NCBI GenBank assembly: GCA_043228905.1 | Contig: JBHGNT010000016.1 | Span: 17,546,001 to 17,610,000, forward strand | Source: Azolla caroliniana | Lineage: Eukaryota > Plantae > Polypodiophyta | Length of the DNA stretch: 64,000 nucleotides | Reading direction: 5' to 3' | Part shown: piece by piece, positions 36,441 to 48,395 of the stretch | How the letters are laid out: each line of letters starts with the position of its first letter | How positions within the stretch are numbered: position 1 is the first letter of the stretch | Notes under the pieces: generated by a model | What the model was told of the DNA's origin: nothing | The model's input: the letters and a program-made list of their open reading frames with translations, nothing else | Databases searched by the model: none | Position numbers and translations under genes: made by a program

Positions 36441-37961
36441 CCATAGTTAAAAACAACACTAGAATCAAGTAATTGGACAAGGTAATGAGTACAAGAATTA
36501 TTCTATCTTAGAGGGTACCCAAGAAACCAAAAACCAAATAGCAACGGGATGAAGCTCCATCAACTACATAAACACTTGCAAAATGGGAGTTGGTTAATAT
36601 TTGGTAGGAGCTTCTTACAAATGGTGCACATAATGCACCTTTATTGTATGTACTTTCGATTACTTTATGTTAAAATCTGGCAAGTGTGGGTATCTCGGTG
36701 CAAGGAGACCCTCGCAGGTAAACGAACCCCACCAGCTGAGAATTTAATGATGATCTAGTTTAATCTTATTTCTACGTTGCGAGGTGAGTTTGAAAGTCTT
36801 CAAGGGCCATTTGATGCAAGTGAAGAAGCTAGAGCTCGATTCCTTCGGAAATGGAGCGGTTCGTCGATGCTGCAGATAATGGATGGTAAAGTGAACTGGA
36901 ATTATCAACCACCGCGGTGGTTGTTCCCTCCAAGTGTTCCTAACATCTAGATGGGTGCTGCCATGAGGAGCGAATGGAGGACATCTATGCTGAGTTCTGT
37001 TTTGTATGAGGCTCACGTGGAGAATGTGTTCGAGTAATGCTATACACATAGAATGATGTGGTGTTTTGGAGTTGTTTTTTTATGTTGTTTCATCTACACA
37101 TTGTTTTCCTTTGACATGCAAGATGTCTTGGAAGATATGAGTTGTAAATGATTCCTTTGTACATTCTTAACTAATGGAAGTAGATGTTTTTGGAAAAAGA
37201 AAAAAAGAAAAAAAGGTATATACTACAAGTCCGTCTCTTCATAACTATGGAGAAATAAATGAGGTGTTTGAGATAACTTTGTGTACACAAGGGTATGGTG
37301 AAAGGTTGAGGAAATAAGATTAAGAGAGACAAACAATAGGACTTTTGCGTTAAAACAAATCAATTCTTATATTATAGTGAAGGGTTTCTTAATGTACGTT
37401 GATGAAAAACAGAATTTGTCATATAAGCCATTAACATGGTCATTAGCAATCTAACACATTACTGAAATATTTTCATGTATACAACATACACTCTTAGATA
37501 TATTCCTTGTCATTGGATGGTGCTAAGTAAGAAGGAATGTTTTTTATTAATCATACTACTTGGTATCAGAGTAAACAAAACAAAAATCTTAAATGTGTAT
37601 GACGATGATTTGTTAACATGATATGCCATCTGATAACAATAACTTATGATCATATATTGGCACACATTCAAGTGGCTTCAATAACAAGACAATTAGAGAT
37701 GAGTACATCCAATCATTGGTTGTAATCCAATTGGATTCAACTAATTTCATATCACTCCAACCCATTAATTTGGTTGCCTTATATAAGAAAACAAGAGAAT
37801 TAACGTTGTGGAGTAATCGATGCTCAAAAATACAACTCTTACTTCTCTTAACAACTTGTATATTTGTCTTACTTTGATTTTTGTCAATTGATTTGTCTTT
37901 AAACATTGAATTATCCCGTAATGACATCTCCCAAAGATAGACAGACTCTAAGGGTCAATCT

Positions 37962-38126
37962 CTATGACTTCTTCTTTTTCTTCTTTTCTTGAGACTTGGT
38001 ACGGGTTTTACCTATCTTAGCAGTGACATTTTCTTCCGATTTCTCTTTTTCCTTCTTAGCATTAGCATTTCCTTGTGCTTTCTCTTTTTTACTTGATTTG
38101 CCTTTATTTATCTCTTGATCTTTAAC
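37962..38126 (-). CDS. Exon 9 (Lys-rich tail, ...EKKKKKKS*)
   Basis: Acceptor TTATGTAG, in frame, TAG stop at 37964-37962. Confidence 0.72.
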   Translation of the reverse strand, partial: VKDQEINKGKSSKKEKAQGNANAKKEKEKSEENVTAKIGKTRTKSQEKKKKKKS

Positions 38127-41100
38127 CTACATAAGGGGTAAAAATGAAACAAGTCCTTTGAAGGCAACAAAATGAGGTAATTTAGAGAAATAAAACGATA
38201 TTGCTTGTGCTTAATAAAAGCAAAATTTCCATGCATGGAATGGAAATCTAAAAATCACCTTTGCTAGCTTCATTAAATACTTCCTGATAGAAACGTGAAT
38301 ATGTTACCCATAGCTAGATTTTGTTATTAAAAGAGCTGGTAAGATCTTGACCATGTGTATAATAAATCATATGGAATAATGATATGTTTGAATATTACCA
38401 ACATCCACAGAAGAAAAAAAAACTCAACTTTCTCACAGATATTACAACATTGATCATTGATCACAAAATGAGATGGGTAGAACTTACTTTTTCCAACACA
38501 TTACAACGTCATCATCAAGCACACATTGTCAAGATTAACAAGAAAGAACTCAATAATGAATACATCTCACTTTTTCCCGACATTACAATCTCATCCATCA
38601 TCCGCCAAACATTTGCAATGAGTAACAAAAAAAAAATTCAAACAATGTTGTTCATATTGCTTCTTTTTTTAATAGAAATCTGGTTTTACCTCAGCCAATG
38701 TTGCTTCGGATGCTGCAAAACTAAGTTGAAATCTCGATATATTGACGGCGAGAAAAGCATTTTCCTTGCATATCCTCTCCACCTGTTGTGCCGTCGATAC
38801 TCCATAAGGTTTATCCATTCCTGGCATTTCTCCTCCCCATTGAGGCCTCGGTGTGAGTGGGCGAGTTGCGACCGTAAATGCATCCACTCCAGTTTTTGCT
38901 TCATAAACCTTATCACTCAATTCCAGTACTTCTGCCTTGGCGGCAAGAACTTCGGCTTTTGGAACACTACAAAAAAGGCACAATGTTCACACATTTCGAA
39001 ATCGAATACCAAATCACAAGACCTAAGAATAAAGTTCCACTGCAATTTTGCATATTTATGCTATCAAATATTTTATGTTTGAAAACCACGAAAACAATTA
39101 GTATATACCTCAATTCATAAGGACAAAGTAGACCATATTCTAAAAGCTAAGTTCCAAAGTAATAGAATGAAAATATTGTCTACAATCTAAGAGCCAATCA
39201 TCCCACTAAGCTGATTTATTTAAAAAAGTTGTTCGCGTCGTGTAACAATAGTAAAGCCCCAACTTGTTTTGCACATATTAATGCTAAACTTTTTAATTCT
39301 ATCATAACATTGTCTCTACTATCAAAGATCCAAGTCCCACAATGCATTTTCATACATTTATGTTAACTTCTTTAAATCTAGTAATATAGCCTTATACATC
39401 TCTATCTAATTTGACCAATTTTGGGTTGATTCTATTGGGCATTAACAAACATTTTAAGATGCAATTTCTTGTTTGGTTTTGTGGAGCATTTGATCCTCTT
39501 AAAAGAACATCAATATATCTTTATTTCTTTCTAAAGCTACTAGATTTCCCGGAAAAAGTCCAATATTTCATTAGTACTAAGGATTTTGACATCTAATTGA
39601 TCCAAAATGTTTGTTTCAAGTGAAAGAGTGGACCTTTCAAATTTTAATCCTTTTATATCCTAATTTTACAACATGTTGGCTTTTAAGAGTTGTTATTCAA
39701 TCATGAGAAGACGAAGGAAGCGAAATTTTTGCCTTTAATCAAAATTTATGTTCTATCTCCCAGCTTCTTGGTATGTGAGACTAGAATATATAAATCATAA
39801 AGTTCCACACGAAATTGATCTTCACCTGTTGGTGAGCTCAGATTGGCATGCCCTCACAAGACCTTGAACATGTTGGAATTCATGGACACATTGCATATAA
39901 TTTGCCTTTAGCTTCTCATACTCCCGAACTTCAGCATCCTGCAGTTTAGGTCAACATAATAGTATCACATTCATGGTTCAAACCTTGGTACAAGTTGAAA
40001 ACACACAAAATATTGTTAATGTACAAAATTCCTCTAAATAAAGTTATAGGTGAATGAAGTAGACACAACGAATACAAATAAAGACATTGTAAGTGAAGTT
40101 AATGAATTCCCTATACAAATAAAGTTGATGTAAATGAAACAGAATCCCTTACAACATTTTTACGTACCATTACACATAGTGAGTAAATCAAGCTTCTACC
40201 TTCATGGTGTCTATTTGTTGCGTTTGTTTTACTTCACGCTTTATATCTTTAAGCTCCTGCTTCAAACTCTTTATCTTCTCGTGTAGCCCATTTACCTTCA
40301 GAATCCCTGACAGAGCGCCATTTTAAATGTGGTTTGTGCACCAATGGTTTTATAAGCAAACAATTCAAGTTCTTTTAAACTTTCACAACGGGGAAGAAGG
40401 GCCAATGTACAAATGCTTACTCCACAAAAGATGAACATCTATAAGATAACTTCGTCTGAGTTATGATTTTCTATGTCAAAATTTGATTAAAACTATGAAA
40501 TGAGCACAAGAGCATTGGGTTGTGAAAGAAATTGGGAAAAAAATAACACCTTTTTAGTTCACCGAACAATTTTATTACATTCAGAGTTGGGTAGAGGGAT
40601 CAAAAAATACAACATAACTTACATCTAGGTACAATTTTCTACAGGGCATTTTGATCTGAAACTATGCCCTTTAAAGGCCAAAATGGCATATAAGACCCAA
40701 CGAGAGATTAAATCGTAAAACGTTGTCTCTTCTTTGAGTGCAACAAACCAAAATAAATGTACCTAAGTAAAATAATAATGATAGAAATTGAATAAGAAAG
40801 GTATATACAAATGAGGCATCGCATTTGACGAGTGATAAATTTGTGTTCAACTTTTGAGTCAACTTATGTCAAAAAACTAGACAGTTTGTGGACCGCTTGT
40901 AATAACTAGTTCTCTTTACCTTAAGAATTGGGGTTTGGTGGTTTCATGGTGCTTATTGATGGTCAAATACGAAGTGCAGGTTCGGGACTAGTAACTTGTG
41001 TTTAGAATGCTATCTTTTATGCATATACACTAAACCATGATAATGCCATCAATCAAGACAAGGAGTATGGAAAACCTTTTTCTCCTCCAAAGACAACGCG

Positions 41101-43721
41101 CGCATTGCTATTGATATGTTCTCCTCCAATTCATTGCTCGTATGATCAGTCTGAATTATCTCTTCTCTTACGTCCTATTGAAATTTCATACCAGAGAAAA
41201 ATTACACCCAATAATATCATGCTAACAAAAACAAGGCATTGCATACAAATCATAACATGATGCATTGCCTCGTATTTGCAAACTCTAACGATGAAAAAAT
41301 ATTTAGAAATTGGGAAAGGTTAGTTGAGAGAGAAGAATTCAGAATAGGATACACATATATACACACATATATTGACAAGAGGTACAATGTCATGTATGTT
41401 GTGAATGACTGTCATAAGGAGAAATTGATTAGACTACTACATGATTACGTGAAATGTCCACAGTCGATTGGCTCTCCGAGAGATAGTGCTAAAAAAGATA
41501 GCGCAAGAACCGTTGTTAATGTATTACAAAAGGAAATGAGACCTGCAGCTCTGACCGAATGCTTTGTAGATCTTTCTCTTCCTCTAAAAGACGAGATTTC
41601 CAAAAAGAATTTGAGGTTTCCATTTGTGAAATCTCTTGCTTGAGTTCTTCAGCCAATTCAAAGTAAGTTCCTTCCTATGTTAAGCAATATCGGCTTGATA
41701 ACTTAGTCCTTTCATTGCCAAGAGCAGTAAAGGAAGAATTGAGCAGAAAATAATTGAGAATGAACCTTTTGCTTTGAGAAATTATCTTTGCATTTAGCAC
41801 TTTGATACAAACAACGCTTAAGCTCACCACAAATATGATTGAGAAAACTTGAGAATGGAAGTTTGCTATGGCAAAGCTCTTCAAGAACCTTCGTATAGCA
41901 CAAAGATATACCATGAAATGACATTTTATACACCCACATACCCATACAGGATATTGAACATATATACCTGAAAACATGCTTTTGTTCTTTGTGCATCAGG
42001 AAGCTCATCATTACTCGTACTAGCGACATTAAGTAGGCTTTCAAGCTTCATCTAATACAATGAAAGCACAAAAGATGGTGTACTTAGAAAGGCAACTTTG
42101 GAATCAAGTACCAATGAAAATGTTTCAGGAACCCAAACATATATTATTACCTAGATCTACCTTCCAAATTGCGTTCAGACAAGGGTCATCCAATGGCTAA
42201 TGCATCTCTCACTAGCCTTAATTAATCCTTTATCTCTATTACCCATAGGCTCATAACCATATGCTATGTCAGCTTAGTAGCATACAAGAATTGATCCACT
42301 GGAAATTACTATATACATTGGTCTATATTTGAAAAGGTTTGATGTGTTTCATAAATGTTCATGTTTCTTTCTTTCAACTATGAAAAATGCAAGAATGCCC
42401 CAAAAGTGTGTAGGATGATGCCATTTGACTGCATGCATGGATGGCCACTTGTAGGCAAGTGCACGGGGCGGGATATATATTGGAGTAATGGGAGGTCATG
42501 TTTCATAATGCAACATGTGTATATGTAAACTACGAAGCTATCTTCATGTGAGCAACCATTATAGGAATGCTTGTGTTATGACCTGAGATTGGTTCTTGGC
42601 AAGTCCAACAATATGTGAGCACATGCTTAGTTGAAGGGTGTGAGGAGTCTTAAAATAGTATCATAAGGCCTCATTTCTATCATTTAAAAAAAAAAATAGA
42701 ACTCTTGCCATGGCTTAACAGATACTATGGCTAGCCTTGCATTAATGTCTCTACGTCTAGGAGGCAAGCCTGAAATCTGCATCTGGTTGCTTTTAACATG
42801 AGTTTGGCCTACTGCATATCATGTATACAAGGTAAGGTATCATCATAAGATGCATCAAAATAATGCCAACATAGTTGGAACCATGCAAGGAGTTTAGAGT
42901 TTGTTCTTATAATATGATGAATTTATCATAATTTTGTCCAAAGAGAATATTTTCCATCCCTTTAGCAAATTCTCCCCTCCACCATTGAGACAGCCATGCT
43001 TTATGAATTTAACGATATGCTATCCTAGAATTAGGACATAGATCAAGCCTTTTGTGGATATATAAAGGGCTAGTGGATAACCTTGAGCAACCCTCTCTTC
43101 TCTATTCTACGTATGCATGTAATGTATGTATGTATGTATGTATATGTATATGTATATGTATATGTTATGTATGTATGTACTTGTATGTATGTCTACAAAG
43201 ATTGGGCCTACCTGGAAATGCTTGGCGAAGGAGAGGCTATCGAGATTCCATCGATGGCTACCTCGTGGGCCACAGTTCTCATCATTCTCTTGTGTGCCGA
43301 GCACATTAAAACCTCCGCAATCATCCGGTTCTTCATCATCCCGATCTTCATGTGGATGATGCTGGGGACAGAGATGTAAACTACCCTTGGCATTATTATA
43401 ATCCTTGGATGGAGAACCGACATAAGCACCGAGATCGAGATTATGGGGATGGGGTCTCGCGATCAGAGCTGTTGGGAGCCTCTTCTTAATTTGGGGGCAA
43501 TCCAGGCCCACCATGCTACAATTGCATTCTCTCTTTGCAAAAGGCTTTGCATTGTTATTGTTATTGTTGTTATTGTTGTTATTGTTGTTATTGTTGTTGT
43601 TGCTGCTTCTGTTACTGTTACTGCTGCTACTGCTTCTGTTGATATCATTATGAGAAGGTTTGAGGAGTCGATGAGGTTTGGGGGTCCTCTCTCTGATGTA
43701 ATGTTGGAAGAGGTCTTGCAT
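37962..43721 (-). CDS. 9-exon host gene, about 532 aa coiled-coil protein, TSNAXIP1 (translin-associated factor X-interacting protein 1)-like
   Basis: Exons 43721-43212, 42051-41968, 41888-41766, 41674-41543, 41174-41076, 40295-40200, 39938-39826, 38966-38690, 38126-37962. All GT-AG, phases consistent, no internal stop. Start context CCACCATG. The motifs VPKAE...LTPRPQW recall the TSNAXIP1 VPRRD...TPRPDW. Confidence 0.82.
38690..38966 (-). CDS. Exon 8 (VPKAEV...LTPRPQW...EATLAE)
   Basis: Acceptor TTTTTTGTAG, donor GAG/GTAAAA; completes the phase-2 Ser codon. Confidence 0.88.
39826..39938 (-). CDS. Exon 7 (DAEVREYEKLK...SELTN)
   Basis: Acceptor CTGCAG, donor CAG/GTGAAG. Confidence 0.85.
40200..40295 (-). 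CDS. Exon 6 (VNGLHEKIKSLKQELK...DTMK)
   Basis: AAG acceptor, donor AAG/GTAGAA, 96 nt, heptad-like. Confidence 0.78.
41076..41174 (-). CDS. Exon 5 (DVREEII...SLEEKK)
   Basis: Acceptor TTTCAATAG, donor AAG/GTTTTC, 99 nt. Confidence 0.8.
41543..41674 (-). CDS. Exon 4 (EGTYFELAEELK...RSELQ)
   Basis: Acceptor ACATAG, donor CAG/GTCTCA, 132 nt. Confidence 0.83.
41766..41888 (-). CDS. Exon 3 (VLEELCHSKLPFSSFL...SKQK)
   Basis: AAG acceptor after a 79-nt intron, donor AAG/GTTCAT, 123 nt. Confidence 0.82.
41968..42051 (-). CDS. Exon 2 (MKLESLL...RTKACFQ)
   Basis: Acceptor TTGTATTAG, donor CAG/GTATAT, 84 nt. Confidence 0.82.
43212..43721 (-). CDS. Exon 1 coding part (170 aa, low complexity, poly-Asn)
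   Basis: ATG in CCACCATG, open frame to donor CAG/GTAGGC, CT-rich upstream leader. Confidence 0.75.
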
Positions 43722-44146
43722 GGTGGGCCAATAAATCTGAATGAAGCAGAAGATCAAGAGATGATGGAGGAGGAGGAGGAGGAAGGGAAGAAGAAGAAGA
43801 AGAAGAAGACAGAGAACAGAGAACAGAGAAGTAAATCGAATCCTTCATCATGGAACTCCATAGCCGCCAATTCAATCCAATTTCTTTTTGTGATTTATTC
43901 AGACAGAACGCGTCCCTTCGCCCATCATGACGATGATGAGGGGGGGGAAAAAAACAGATACAAAACAAGTTTATGGAAATTCCAAATCATACCCCTGCTC
44001 TCAGTTCTTTTTCCCTCTTCCATATTTACATATATATTCCCTTGAATAATGAATATTGTTGCTTGCTTGTCACTACCCCTTCCTCTCACATTTATCTCTC
44101 GGAGAAGCCGAAAACCCCGCCCTACAAACTAATTCTCCACCTCCAC

Positions 44147-44148
<2 letters not shown>

Positions 44149-44216
<68 letters not shown>
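44149..44216. repeat. (TG)34 microsatellite upstream of the host gene
   Basis: Perfect dinucleotide run. Confidence 0.97.
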
Positions 44217-44219
<3 letters not shown>

Positions 44220-44639
44220 CTAAGTGTTTGTGTGTTTAGATGTTTTGGGTCCTAAGGAGCTTGTCGCCCTTGCCATCTAGGGGTTGAGCCCCCATTTAGG
44301 TGTGGATGAACATGAGACGTTCTCTTGAATCTACGACTTCCGATGTTCCGCCATACGTAAATGACTTTTCATGGCAACAACATGAGAAAGAGAGAGAGAG
44401 AGAGAGAGATTCTTGGCTATTCATGTGTTCAACACTGGGTTACCTCATGGCAAGAAGCACTCTTGTTATGTGTATGGAAACCATCATCTGGTAGAGAGCA
44501 TTGTATTCCTTTGCAAAAAGAATTACTTGTGTCTTCTCAGTTATTATGTTGACCTGGAAAAGAGTGATTGCGATCTTTGTTTAATCGTTTGTTTCGTTTT
44601 TGGGGTCAAAGAGGTGGGAGATATAGTTGAGGCTCCATC

Positions 44640-45210
44640 TCAATGAATTTTGGAGTTTGTTGAAGCGCGAGAATTATTATGTATCCTACATAATTATGGG
44701 TTTATCTAACAACAATTACAAAAGATTGCATTGATGCAAGGTCCTTTACCTTTACAAACAAGAGAACAACCATGGATTGATTGGTGTTTACGAGGTCAAA
44801 CGTCGTTTTTACAAGCGACTACTAATCTTTTGTATCATTACTCCATTGAGTCTCTTGGAAGGCTATCATCTAAGGCTGAAGAAGAATGGAACATACACAA
44901 ATCTGATCATGGGTGGTGGCAGATCTTAAAACGTAGTTGGCATTCTAAATTGCCACTTGTAATAAAGGTTTTCATTTGGAGAGTTTTGATTGGGGGATTG
45001 AGTTTGGGATTAGTTCTAAAACGTCATGGATTTGCGACGGGAAATTGTTTCTTTTGCATTGTTCAAATGGAAGGTAGGACTCATTGTTTCATACAATGTC
45101 CAATTGCTTGTCAGATTTGGAGTTACATTTCTCAAATTTGACAAGTTTTATCACAATGTTATTTGACACCTAGACAATGGGTGCTTGCACAATTTGCATA
45201 GGTTGACCCA
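44640..45210 (+). mobile_element. L1-type LINE ORF2 C-terminal fragment (zf-RVT), cut by Copia I
   Basis: WHSKLPLVIKVFIWRV...CFFC....E...HCFIQCPIACQIW. Confidence 0.78.
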
Positions 45211-47885
45211 TGTTGAGAATCAAACTCAACTTCCATAGTGTTGGAACACACCCTAGTGTGTGAACACTCCACCACCTACTGTAGTAACTAGTGTGTCATA
45301 TAATCTTATAGTTCTATGACACATATTCAGTATAGTTAAGTCTCCACCTCCCTTTAGTTAAGAGGTGGTTGTAGAAAGAGAATATAGAGAGAAGGTGACT
45401 ATATGAGCACCTCCCCACCTTATTTTTGGTCATTGGTCATTCTTGTAATTTTGTTCCTTGATAATATAGCCTTCACTGGTTTTTTGTATACATCGAGATC
45501 TCTCACTCACTCACACACACACACACACACACATATCTCTTTTGTTGCATATGATCACTCTCGTTTCTTTACATGGTATCAGAGCGTGCAGTAGCTTGAT
45601 CGAAGTCCATCGCCTCAGCATGTGTTGTGTCTAACCCTGAGTTTGGAAAGAACCGGTTGATCATTGTAACAACAATCTGCACAGTTTGCATCAAAGAGAA
45701 GAAGAAGAAGTTCGACAATGAACACTCAGATGGGAAGCACTCTTCCTGCCGAGAAGCTCGATAGAAATAACTTTGCATCTTAGGAGTACAAGATGCACCA
45801 ATACCTTGTCGATCAAGGCTATTGGGGCTACATCGAAGGAGCACAAGAAACGCAACCCAACCCAACACACGCCGACTACCTAGCTTGGGAGCAGGTTGGG
45901 GGAACCTCAAGAAAATCTTCGAGGCCAATACGGTTTCTCACAAACTTCAACTCCAACAGGAGTTGAACAGTATTCAACAGAGAGACATGCTAATCGGCAG
46001 TTACACCTTGAAAATCAAGGAGCTATGCGACGCCCTTGGGTCGATCAATGTCAGTATTGACGATAATGAAATGGTGTAGATATGCCTCAAAGGCTTGGCA
46101 CCTTGGTTCAACACAATAAGGTAGGCCGTTCTCATGAGAGAGAATCCGCCCTCCTTTGATCTTCAATTAATGTTTCTAATCGAGGAGAATCACGTTTGAG
46201 CGAGGAGCAATGTGCTAGAGGGACACATGCTCTATTCGAACTCGGATGGAGGAAGAGGACAAGGTTGTGGCAGAAGAGGCGGATTCGACCAAGGCCAACA
46301 CAATCAAGGGCAGTCCCATGACCACAACTTTTACTATCAGCAAGAAGCCACAAACTCGCGAGGTGGAGCGTCGGGTAGAAGGGGGAGCAATCATGACGAA
46401 CCTAGCCAACATAACAACTCTGTTTAGTATGGATATTGTGGCAAATTCGGCCACTATGAGGCAGAGTGTCGAAAGAAGAAAAGTGAGACAACATTCACAA
46501 GTCAACAGCTCACTAATTATGCCTTGAATTCAACTATGAAGATCGTAGCGGAATGTTCCCGATGCGACATAGAGCGAACTGGATGACGGAATCGTGCCTC
46601 CAGTCCCGAAGATGTTTGGTTTGTCGATTTGGCGTGTCAAATTGCATGACATCCCATGCATATTGGTTTCCAGAATTCCGAAAACCCAATCGACCCAACT
46701 ATGTTGAAACCGAGGATGACACACCCCATTCAGCATGTCGGCAATGTCCCATTCAGCAAAGAGGGGAATGAGACCTACATAAAAAATGTCTTGCATGTTC
46801 TGACAATAATGAAGAATCTGGTCTCGGTCAGCCAGATTGTGGAACAAGGCATGCAAGTTCGGTTCAACGATGGAGGGTGCTTCATAGAAAAGGAAGGCCA
46901 AATTGTCTCTTGTGGTCGAAGAGAAGGCAAAATGTTAATCCTCGACTCGCATGAGATGAAATCAGCTATGTATGCCAAGGCCCGGAAAGCCGACACCCAC
47001 ATAGAGTTATGGCACAAACGAATCGGCCACATCAATCTCCAAAAACTTAAAGGGATTGCAGTCGAAAGGAGTCTTCATCAGACTCCCGACTTTTACTGAG
47101 AAGGAGATGACATGTGTATGCAAAGCCTGTCAATTCGGCAAATAGCATCAACAACCATTCTCAAAAGAGAGGAACGTGAGCAAAGGGACTTTGGATGCAG
47201 TTCATTCAGATGTATGGGGATGGGGCCACTTCCAAAAGTTCAAGAATGAAGTGGAAAAGGCAACCGGTCAGCATGTTTGATGCCTTCGATCAGATGGGAG
47301 CAAGGAATATTTCTCGGACAAATTTGCAACGTACCTCCGAAAGGATGGAATTCGCCAAGAATTCTCATGCTGACACACACCTCAACAAAACGGAGTAGCC
47401 GAACGTAAAAAAACAACATATATTGGAGGTGGCGAGAGCAATTATGAATGAAAAGAACCAGCCGAAATCGTATTGGGCTGAAGTGGCAAACACGACCATC
47501 TATCTAATGAACTTGTGCACGACATCCCGAGTGCATGATATCACCCCCCATGAAAAGTTCTACAAAAAGAAGTCGAACTTGTCCCACATCCGGATATTCA
47601 ACTCGATCGTATTCGTACACATTCCCGATGGAAAGCAGCGAAAGCTTGATCCGAAATTGGAGAAGTGTAACCTTGTGGGGTACTCACTCGAACAGAAGGG
47701 GTACAAGTGCTTCATCCCATCTACCAAAAAGGTATGAGTGAGTAGGGATGTTGTATTCAACGAATCAACATCCTGGTATTCGGTTGACTCGGCTCTATCC
47801 GATCATCCAATCGAAACTGATTTTGATATAGACTCGAAGGAGGACAATTGACTAAGGCTCACATCCGAAGAGAGTCCAACCTCAA
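45211..47885 (+). mobile_element. Ty1/Copia element I, 5' half (LTR 45211-45573, PBS, gag-PR-INT), degenerate
   Basis: TGTTGAG...TTTACA LTR, PBS TGGTATCAGAGC at 45574, EKLDRNNF, CGKFGH, KNLVSV, LWHKRIGH, KLDPK. Confidence 0.9.
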
Positions 47886-48303
47886 TGTTGAGCGGCAAGC
47901 TCAACTAGAGCCGGATCGGCTGAATAAGCCTGAGCTGGCAAGCGAGACGGATCGGTAAGTTGTGAGCAACCGAGCCGGCAAGCAACAGAGCTGGTGAGCT
48001 GGGGAGCTGGTTAGCCGGATCCAATCGGTAACCGGAAGCCTAGTATTAGTGTAGATTACTAGGCAATTATAGTCTCGTAGTAAGTGTCAGATGCTCGTGT
48101 GAGCATTGAAGTACGCGGTACTTCTGTCAGTCCCACGAGGACTTGTATAAATGATGCTACTGAGCATAGTTGTATGTACAGAGTGTTTTATATATTTTTG
48201 AATATAGCTTTGAGGTTCTGCTCTCTCTCTGTCTCTCCCGGGTACTCTGTGTATTCCCTAATTTCTCTGTTTTTTCTAATGCTTCCGCAAGTAATCGTTT
48301 ACA
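47886..48303 (+). repeat. 5' LTR of F
   Basis: Direct repeat of 59087-59488 with a 16-bp indel and several substitutions. Confidence 0.93.
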
Positions 48304-48395
48304 TTGTATCAGAGCGCGAGGTTTGAGAACCTCTGCAGCCGACAAACGCTTGAAAGCAAACCCTAACAGGTCGTAAGAACAGCAGAAAAGAAGTG

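Noticed and set aside
36700-37050. GC-richer patch with a 101-aa minus-strand ORF
   Set aside because: No motif or element boundary could be recognised; left unannotated.
38384-39082. 232-aa plus-strand ORF
   Set aside because: Antisense shadow of exon 8 and AT-rich intron; no recognisable motif.
42700-42790. Possible extra exon (MQISGLPPRRRDINARLAI) in intron 1
   Set aside because: Weak purine-rich acceptor; exon 1 joins exon 2 in frame without it.
43443-44045. 200-aa plus-strand ORF with a hydrophobic VIVV run
   Set aside because: Antisense of the AAC/AAT poly-Asn repeat and the CT-rich leader.
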